Origin: an uncultured virus (IMG/VR IMGVR_UViG_3300042908_001353)
Lineage: Duplodnaviria > Heunggongvirae > Uroviricota > Caudoviricetes
IMG/VR virus record: IMGVR_UViG_3300042908_001353
Length of the DNA: 20,000 nucleotides
Direction: 5' to 3' (one strand)
How positions within the stretch are numbered: position 1 is the stretch's first letter; every line of letters starts with the position of its first letter. Below are positions 8,101 through 16,600 of this stretch, in pieces. The translations under genes were made by a program, and so were the position numbers. Below the pieces are notes generated by a model. The model searched no databases. It saw only the letters and a list, made by a program, of their open reading frames with translations, and was not told where the DNA came from.

Positions 8101-10325
8101 AAATGCGATTCATCGAAAATAGCACCATCAAATTCAAATTCACTTAAATCAATAATTGTATTTTTCACACCAAAAATTGCTTTTTTGAATTTTGCATCAA
8201 GATTGCTTTTCGCATCAAAATCAGCAGAATTAAATTTTCCGTTTTGTGAAATTTCGGTATAAATTTTGCCAAATTTTGAAGTTCTGTCATATCTTTGTCC
8301 TCTATTTTTGGATTCCGATAAACCTAAATGTTTTATGCCTTCGTATGTTGCCAAAAATATTGTTTTATCATCAAAATTTTTAATTGCACCAAGAACGTAT
8401 GGAAGTTCTTCTTTGTATATCTTAAATTCTTTTGTGAAAAAAGATTTTTTTGTTTCTTTAATCGTTGATAAAAAATCATTTTCTTGTTCTATTGTCAAAT
8501 CATCGTCAGCATCTATATTATTCTTTTCTTTGTATTTTCTTCTTTGGCTATTTACATAAAACATATAATCTCTATTAAAATCGTATGGATTCCAACCATC
8601 ATATTTTACAGAAATTAGAATGTTTATATCTTCATTTTCAAAATCATAATTATCGGGCATTTCTTTTAAGTAATCTTTAAGAAATTCTGCCCGTTGCATT
8701 TTATCAATATCTTCTACGGAATAATTTTTAATAGTTTTTACATATTCTTCACTTAAATTGTAAAGTTCCACATATTTATTCCATTGAGGAATATGTCCAT
8801 AACTTTTAATTGTTTTCTTTAAAATGTTTCCACCAACTTCTTTTGCAAATTTTTTGGCTTTTTTATATGTATCAAAAGATGTTTCGGTTTCAAAATTATT
8901 ATCCAAATAAGTAACTAAATAAGTAGTTTCATCACCGCCAAACATTTCTAATTTCCATTTGTCATAAACAGCATTAGGTAGCACTAAAATTGGTTTATTT
9001 ACTTTATTTGAACCTAACAAATGTGATAAAGTCATTATAGCAGATGCAGTTTTACCAACTCCAACTCCATAAGCGATTAAACCACTACCCGTTGTTTCAA
9101 TAAATTGCATCGCTTCAACTTGCGATTCATTGGGTATAAATTCAGTACCATTTTTGAAAATATTATTCAAAGAACAATTAATTGGATATTTGTGATACTG
9201 CGGTTCTGTAAAAAAATTGAATCTTTCATTCCAACTTAAAACTAAATTTAAACGTGCGGTTTCTGTCAAACTATTCAAAAAATTAAACATCATTATCTTA
9301 CCATTACGAAAAGATTTTTCTCTTAAATCTGAATAATTTGATTTTTCTCTTTCCGTTGGCTTTGAACCCAATGTTGCGTATGATATGAAGTATGTATTTA
9401 TTGATGCACGGGATGGAGAATCATTCAATAATTTAGAATCCATTTCATTTTCTACCCAATTTTTAAAAACATCGGTTAAACTGCCTTCATCGTTTTTCAT
9501 CCAATCGTCAGTAAAATCTGAATTTCTTAAAATATATGATTTCGCAAACTTTGAATAGGGTGAAATAACAAGTGAATTTTCAATATTGTCCGTAATTTGA
9601 ATAGGTTTATTTTTATGTTTATCTAACAAAGAAATGCGGTAATCTATTTCTTCTCCTGTAAACAAATTATTTTCTATTAAAATATCTTTATTTTGTGCTA
9701 ATTTTTTTCTTTTTTCATAGACATCTCCACTTATATAATCGTACAAATAAACATAAGTTCTTTCTATTGTATTATCATCCCTTTTTTTACGTTCTTCAAT
9801 TAAATAACCTGCTTGAACCAAAATATTAACGTTTGGTTGAGCATTTTTTGTATAATCTTCTCTGTTTAAATAGGGATTTGCATAAAGATATGCTTCTAAT
9901 TCTAATTCACTAATAAAAATTTTATCTGACTTTATTTTTCTTTTTTCAATTTCGATTTCGCTTCGGTCTGCTTCCGAAACATTTGCATCGTATATTGTTT
10001 GAGCAAGAGAAATAGTTAAAATTTGCTTTTCTCGTTCATTAATTGCCCTTGTTCTTTCTTCAATTTCTGCTGTTTTAATTCTTGCTTCTTGGTCGGAAAT
10101 CACATAAGGTCTGCCGTACACTATTGGTAGTAATTCGTATAAAAACTCGTATGGAGTGTATATTTTTTTTTCAAAAACACCGCCACCTTCTGTAAATACA
10201 TTTTCAACCTTATCTGCCAATAAAGATTTGGCTCTATTTTCAAAAACCCTTTGAATTATTTCTGCTTTTGATTGGTCAGAAATCAATTCATTTTCCGTGT
10301 TTTCGTACAAATTAAAATTTTCCAT
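5112..10325 (-). CDS. Large SNF2/SF2 helicase, DarB-like helicase module (1737 aa)
   Basis: Motif I AYGVGVGKT, Ia ILVLPN, II IFDESH, III LTATP, V STGVDLQ, DFDWNP, VI QVAGRIHRQGN. RQGN-type motif VI is typical of DarB-like phage/plasmid helicases. No N6-MTase NPP[YF] motif seen. Confidence 0.9.
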   Translation of the reverse strand: MENFNLYENTENELISDQSKAEIIQRVFENRAKSLLADKVENVFTEGGGVFEKKIYTPYEFLYELLPIVYGRPYVISDQEARIKTAEIEERTRAINEREKQILTISLAQTIYDANVSEADRSEIEIEKRKIKSDKIFISELELEAYLYANPYLNREDYTKNAQPNVNILVQAGYLIEERKKRDDNTIERTYVYLYDYISGDVYEKRKKLAQNKDILIENNLFTGEEIDYRISLLDKHKNKPIQITDNIENSLVISPYSKFAKSYILRNSDFTDDWMKNDEGSLTDVFKNWVENEMDSKLLNDSPSRASINTYFISYATLGSKPTEREKSNYSDLREKSFRNGKIMMFNFLNSLTETARLNLVLSWNERFNFFTEPQYHKYPINCSLNNIFKNGTEFIPNESQVEAMQFIETTGSGLIAYGVGVGKTASAIMTLSHLLGSNKVNKPILVLPNAVYDKWKLEMFGGDETTYLVTYLDNNFETETSFDTYKKAKKFAKEVGGNILKKTIKSYGHIPQWNKYVELYNLSEEYVKTIKNYSVEDIDKMQRAEFLKDYLKEMPDNYDFENEDINILISVKYDGWNPYDFNRDYMFYVNSQRRKYKEKNNIDADDDLTIEQENDFLSTIKETKKSFFTKEFKIYKEELPYVLGAIKNFDDKTIFLATYEGIKHLGLSESKNRGQRYDRTSKFGKIYTEISQNGKFNSADFDAKSNLDAKFKKAIFGVKNTIIDLSEFEFDGAIFDESHFIKNNYTDTLGDYKMIKAKDRYGYETYVESDKTRVRRYNVGNKKYTNLALSGYFLSRYINIDTNDRNVIQLTATPFTNSPNEIYGMLALTNYGFLSKFDFNNMTDFYDIFMDVSYDLVFSPSGVERKEQLVGFLNLPALRNMIYAIMNYKSGEDANIKRPKKYLLPNSPIDERSILPETSEQDILFKKVKDYIRGNIDYTELCQDNQDVIDIDEISEEDLLAIINERGTEEQQEDFNSLEFPLEEEEDFFRLKKAVQKILEKKQETVDENDLTESDKSKLRVQIGLNILKQITLSPYLSVCAKESGFEPTPQQYVESSPKINYAVQCIKSIHDYEKANDKPLSGCIIYMNIGINVKNTRLNFSWSETGLEKIKSYLVNILGYSYDDISIVSGKTNRINREKEKNRFLKGRSIIMLGSSAISTGVDLQNNSSTLFLCDFDWNPTTNEQVAGRIHRQGNRFANVRIVYPMIRNSFDPPVFQKLYEKTLRIKTLWDKNNTGAVLDTKEFDLGELRKRILDEPEDLARFDIEEKTIQLTSDINLRNNRIDELRQAKKYQNILKEDENIVRGILVVISAYYDYKKHNIKIKNIDQEINDLLDEQLKEKVDSEKQKIGRKITEKRNRKNELTNEKPFEEIQYSELGTSSDKIDLINKINDIVLSSNSKFNSLTDDDMYEIQYNFVEDYFSRFDNGKYNMSIPQEEDITRYVNYRWKSDVVKTLIDYKDAVKKYNKIKETLEILGIDIQDVDMAVEELKNQVNAFTTEKENVTNSFDSLIEKYSRKKLERLYTQISLEEKVSEFSEMNYLLDAQLRPFVQDEASTIVSPRQFLDIRPNVDDAEIIEEEIVKKQVKKSTTKPKTPRIIGRLKKGLIVRTRTEKDGMFYENDLFYDSDTNEYIKFTLILDADNNEVDEMEDVITEADAIAFYESMQEFITNEFYEKDTTEEDIEEITEVGGEDDEKAFILENIAGLEIILEITEEEEERQSIIENINGLKILLEL

Positions 10326-10336
10326 AATATTTTTTT

Positions 10337-10549
10337 TTATTCTACATTCGGGGTGCTTAATTCTACTTCAACCAACGCAAGTGCGGTATCTAAATTTGAT
10401 ATTCCACGCACTAATATATGCTGTTTCACTCTAAAAATAATTCTTTCTTTACCTTCGTGTGTCGTTGCAAATTGCGATAAATAAGGCAAATCTTTTACCG
10501 AAGAAATTGATTCTCGGATTAACATATCTAATTGATTTTCGCTATACAT
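10337..10549 (-). CDS. Small hypothetical protein (~70 aa)
   Basis: The ORF track starts at TTG 10558; the in-frame ATG at 10549 (MYSENQLD...) is preferred. It ends 11 nt before the helicase start. Confidence 0.7.
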   Translation of the reverse strand: MYSENQLDMLIRESISSVKDLPYLSQFATTHEGKERIIFRVKQHILVRGISNLDTALALVEVELSTPNVE

Positions 10550-10607
10550 ACTTTTCAAAATTTACTCGTAAATACTAAAAATTGCTTTTTTTAATATAAA
10601 ACAAAGT

Positions 10608-10615
10608 CAAATTTA
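10608..10615 (-). promoter_or_regulatory. Candidate Bacteroidota -7 promoter element TAAATTTG
   Basis: caaattta on + reads TAnnTTTG on -, within the only long intergenic gap of the cluster. No clear -33 TTTG. Confidence 0.4.
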
Positions 10616-10679
10616 CTATAAATACGCTAACGAAAAGAATATATGTAATTTTTTATTATTGCTATGAATTTGTAAATTT

Positions 10680-13600
10680 TTACAATTTTTTAAGTGTACC
10701 ACCATCGGTAATTTTCACACCATTATTATTGTAATTATTTATCAAACTTGCAATTTGCTTCAATGTTCCTTTTACCGAATATTTGTTAGTATCAGCCATT
10801 GTTCTACGATTAATAATTATTGAACCCGAAACAATAACATCATCTACGTCAGTATTTTCGGCTTGTGGTTGTATATTTTCGATGTTTATAGTTGAATTAC
10901 CTTTGTAAACTTTTGCACCTGTATCAAAATTTTTACCGCCACCTAAAACATTAATTGCACTTGCAATTTGTGAAAAAGTTCCTTCTATCGTGTAAATATT
11001 ATTATCATTAAAAGCATTGGCAACAAGAACGGCTTCATCTCTTTCTGCTTCAATTATATGCCCCCCATCACCAACTTCAAATTTTCTACCGCAACCTGTT
11101 TCATCATTACATTCGGAGTGTAATTGCCCTTCAATAATTCCACCTTCTTTGTAAATTTTTTTTGTTCCACTAATACCTACATCACTTGGTCTTAAATCAC
11201 TTGAAATATATCCATACTCATTTGCTTTAATTCCATCTACTTGCATACTTCGGGTTTTCGATACTTTTCCAAAAGGTGATTTTCGTAAAACAACTCTTGC
11301 AGGTAAATAATCACAACCCATATTTAATGCGGTTTGTAATCGGTGATTCCCTTCAATTAACAAAACGCTATTATCTTCGGTTGAATATTCTATAATTAAT
11401 GGCTCTTTAATACCCTCACCTAAAAATGATTTTTCTAAACTTTTAATCGTAAGGTTACTATCATTTGTATTCCATTTTGGTTCTTTATATCGGTCAAATT
11501 GCTTGAATTTTAATAATTGATTTACAGGTACTAATTCGACTTTACTATCCTCACTAAACCAATAATCTTCCATATTCAATGGCACTTCGCCATAGGCACA
11601 AATAATTTTACCACCTTCTTCCTTTTTCGGAACATTGGCTTCACTCAAAGCGATTGCGATTGCCTGTTTAGGATTAGTTACTTTTTCACCATACGATGTT
11701 TTTAATTCGCCTTGCTTGTATTCACGCATCACTTCGGAAATTTTTTCTTTTTGTGCTTCCGTTTGACCGCCTTTACTATAATTTTCTACTCCTTGAATAA
11801 TTTGGTTGTAATCGTCTATATTAAGTTTTTTGTTGGATAAATTGGATATGTTTTCAATTATCTTATGGATTTGTAAATCATTTTTTAATTCTTCGTTTGA
11901 CAGTTCCAATAATCTTGTCAAAAGTGAAATTGAAATTGCTAAATAAATTCCATTTTGATTTTTTAACTCACCCCCTGTTTCAAAATTATTTTCATTTTCA
12001 AAATTTATTAAATCAATTTCATCCGACTTAATTCTTTTCCATTCTGCTTCTAAATCCGTTCTATTCCCAAACTTAATAGTATCTCCACCAATATATTTTA
12101 ATTTACCTAAATTTTTCAATTCGGTTCTATCAAAATAAGCACTACCACCAATACTTTCTAAATTACCTAAATCTTTAAGCGAACTATTAGTAAATACTGC
12201 AAATTGAATAATTTTTTCAAGTTTATTTAGGGATTGTAAAGCACTATTTTTGATAACGCAAATACCACCTATGTAGGTTAAATTACCCAAGTCAATTAAT
12301 TTGGTGTTTTCTTCTAATATAAAACCACCATCAATTCTTTCTAAACTACCTAAACTTGCTATTAAACTTGACTTAAACTCTATTTTACCTTTGATATATT
12401 TCAAATTAGTAAATTCAGATATTCTACTATTCAATAAATTCACATCACCTAAAATACGTTCTATGTTTTGTGTTGTTTTTGTAAAGTTGTTTCCGAAATC
12501 AGCATTTGCACCAATGTATGTCAAATTCGGAAAAGATTTAATTCTACTTCCATTTATACTAAAATTAGTTCCTACACTTTGTAAATTAGGTAATTCAGTT
12601 GATTGACATTTATTAAATAACGCTTGATTTTCTACTTCTATTAAATTTGGAAATGCTACTTCTTTTGACGAATTACAAATAATACTTTTTGCTTTTTTCA
12701 AATTACCTGTACTTTCCAATGCTGAATTTTCTCCAATAATTAAATTACCACATTCTTCTAAATTTCCTAAACTAATAACATTCGTAAATATGCTCACGCA
12801 ATCAATATCTCCACCATAATTGGTTAAATTTCCAAAAGACGTTAAACCTAAATTTGTGCCTTGAAATTTTAATTCTCCACCAATTAATTCGATTGAATCA
12901 AAACTTTGAATTGTTCGGCTACCAATAATTAAATTGCCACCTATTTTTTTTAATTGACCAAAACTTGTTGAATCATTGTTAATAGTTAAATTTCCAAGAA
13001 TTTCGTATAAATTACTATTTCCTAAATCAAAAGCATTTGTATCATTTAACATTAAATCCCCTAAATAATATCGTGTATTAGGTGTTAAATTAGATAGGTT
13101 ATCTGCAAATTCTTCGGCTTGAAAAAATTGATTTGGTAAATTACTAATTGCCGTATTTACAGTTTGAAAAAAATTAATGTTTGTTGGATTTTCACTATAT
13201 TTTCCTTTACCAACGCCATCTTTATTTTTAACTACATAAAGATAATCTTCCATTATTGTTGGGTACATACCCTCATCTTCTAACCTTTTAATAGAATCTC
13301 CAACTTTTATATTGTAATTTAATTTATCAATATATTCTTCGGCACTATTATTTCCTATATTCAAACGACAAAATCTTTTGGCAATTTCAGAGTAATAAGG
13401 TGATATATTTTGACCTTCTAATGTGCCACTTATTTCACCAACTAAATCGTGGTTCATTCTAATAGCAATCTCGGGTTGCAAACCATTTTCAGTTTTTTCT
13501 GCAAAAACGTAAAAATTACCGCCTTGTCCTTGATAAATTCCTGTACCTACTAATTGGTCTAACGCATAACTTGTAGTACACCATTTAGTATTTTGAACAA

Positions 13601-16600
13601 AAGCCGTTAATTTTTCCGCATTTTCTTTAATTTCTAAATCGTTTGCATTTCCTTTACCTAAAAATGTAAACCACGTTCCACCATCTGCTTGAATTGTAAC
13701 TACCTCATTTACTAAATTTTGTCCTTCTTCGGCTAATATTTCTATATAATCTTTTAATAACTCATTACTTTTACTTGTAAATAGTTTTGCCAATGCACTT
13801 GCACTAAAACTTGTAATATTTGTTGTGGTTATTTTTGTTCTACTAAGTAGTTGTTGTTTATTTAGATTGTAATTAAATTTTAATATTGCAGAAAACATCA
13901 AGTAAATAAATTCATTTGGATATAAATTATCTTTGAAATAATAAATCCAAGATTCCAAAGTGTATTTTTGACTTTCAGCAAGTTGATTTACTTTTTCTAA
14001 TCTTTTTTGTTGATTTTGTTGATTTTCTTTGATTTGGTCAATAACGGAAGTAGGTTCTTGGTTGATTTGTGCTTGTCGTATATCTGCAAGAAAAAAAGCA
14101 TCTATTCCTTTACTATCTTCGGAAATAACATAATCCGTGTAAGTAGCATAAAGTTTTTCTACTTCATTTTTTAATTTTTCTTCAAGCGAATCACTATCGA
14201 AATTTACACCTTGTATTCCCATAGTGATAAATGCTTCGATTTTGTATTTATCGGTAACACCGATACGAGCATATTTTTGTTGTTCTTGGTGAACAAAACC
14301 TTGTGGGGTGGTATTCCCTTGAATTTTACCACCTTTTCCGAATTTATTTTCCATATTTTTATTTGTGTTTTCCATATTTTTATTTTTTTCTAAATTTCCC
14401 CCACCATTGAAACGAATGTCGGAATTGTAATTATCAAAAGTGGTATTTCTTCCATCCCCTAACTTTATTTGTTCGGGATAATACACAACAATTTCTTCGC
14501 AACTATCAACTCCATTTTCAAAACTCATATTTTCAATCCAATTAGGATAAACTACAACACCATCGTAACCTTGATTTTTTAATTCATCTGAATTTAATTG
14601 ATAATTTCTGTATGAACTTTTGTTAAAATAAGGATTTTTGATATTTAAAAAACAATTTAATTCAATTTCTCCATATCTTGATTGACCAACATTAGGTGTG
14701 AAATAAAATCCTTTACCATAATAACCTGCATCTGTATTTTTACCTATTTCATATTCATCAAATTCGTAAAATTCTTTTGGTGTATTATGAACACAAATTA
14801 ATGGTTCTCCGTTTTCATCAATTATTTTAGAAACACCTTCGTAATCTTTTGTTTTGTACGCTTCTTCCCAATCACCAAACCAATTCTTAAATTCTTTGGT
14901 TCTTACAAGATTATATATTTCAGTAAAGTATAATCCACTCGGCTTTCCGTTTGGTGCAATTAAACCACCACCTGCATATCGAATATCGGGGTTATTCCCA
15001 TCGAAAGTAGTGTTCGTGCCATCGGCTAACTTAATTTGATTAGAATTAAATACTGCTATATTATCGTTATTTCCTTCATAACTTTCATAACCATCATAAT
15101 CGTTATTTTTAATCCATTCAATTATTGGATTCATTTCTAAAATAAAATAGTTAATACCATTCTTTAACTGATATAACAAAATATCAAGTGGATTTGAATT
15201 TTCATTCAACCCTGCTTCAATTAAATAGTAATTATCTAAAAAATCATATAAATCATTGAATCCATTTTGTTTTACTTGTTCCATTAAAATTTTATCGGAA
15301 TCTTTTTGTAGTATTTTTCTGATTTCTTTTTCTTCTTTTTCAGTTGTTTTATTTGGTAAAAAAGGATTTCTACAATTTATGAAATATGTTCTTAATTTAT
15401 CGCCAAAACTTTCTGCAAAACCTAAATCGCCAAAATAATATACTCCGTGTCCACCATAGTTAATGTAATCAAATACATTTTTAGGGTTATTATCACCTCT
15501 CCATTTTACTTTTGGCTCACCATTCTCATCAATTACTTTACTTGCGTTTGCAGGGTCGTTTTCCCAATCACCGAACCACGCTTTAAATTCGGGTGTACGA
15601 ACCAATTTATATTGTTCGGGTGTTAAGTTGCTTGGCTTTCCGTTTGGTGCTATTAATCCACCTTTTGCATATCGAATGTCGGGATTTCCTGCATCGAATG
15701 TAGTGTTAGTTCCATCTGCGAGTTTTATTTGATTGGGTTCAAATGCAACATACAAACTACCTCTTGGCGTTTTAATTATTATGCCATTATTACAATTTTC
15801 CTTTGCTCTTTGAAAATAACTTGTAGAATTTAGGTCGAAATTATCAGTAGCGTGATAGTAGTCCACTTCATATCCGTATTCATCTTCAAATACATTTAAT
15901 AAAGGTTTTTCTATTTTCAAAAATACTTCTTTAACTTTTCCTCTAAACGCTTTATTTTTTTTATCTGTAAAAAAGAACCCACCACCATACAAATCACTCT
16001 TACTTTGCCAATGATTTAATCCTATTTTAGATTTATCAAATGTATTAAAATCATTATCTGTTCCGTGATAAACAGGTAATGGCTCTCCGTTAGAATCAAC
16101 AACCTTACTCGCAGTTTCGGGTGAGTTTTCCCAATCACCGAACCACGCTTTAAATTCGGGTGTCCGAACTAATTTGTATTGTTCGGGCGTTAGGTTGCTT
16201 GGCTTTCCATTTGGTGCAATTAAACCACCATCAGCGTATTTATTTTCCGTATCTTTTGTAAGTTCTTTTGAATTATATTTCAAAATTTCATAGTTGTTTT
16301 GACCATCAATAGATTGAAAACCTGCGTTTTTATAAAATTTAATAAGTTGGTCTTTGTCCAAATATTGCTCAACATCAATAAGTGGCGAAGGTTGTACTTG
16401 TATTTCGATACCAAATTTATCTGCTAATTCGGTAAGTAGTTTAATTGCTTTTGTTCCGTGTCCTTTACCTTTTTCTTTAACAATCAAAGAATCAAGTATT
16501 ATTACAGGTAATTTATCGTATTTTAATATTATTTTTTTTACTAATCCATTATCTAATACCAATCTTGCTGATTGCGAAAATCCAAATGAAATATTTTTAT

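Noticed and set aside
5112..10325. Assigning the gene symbol darB
   Set aside because: No methyltransferase domain is visible and orthology cannot be shown without a search
12060..13100. IGG/YGG occurrences in the LRR as further delimiters
   Set aside because: They are part of the LRR consensus and lack the aromatic residue three positions before GG
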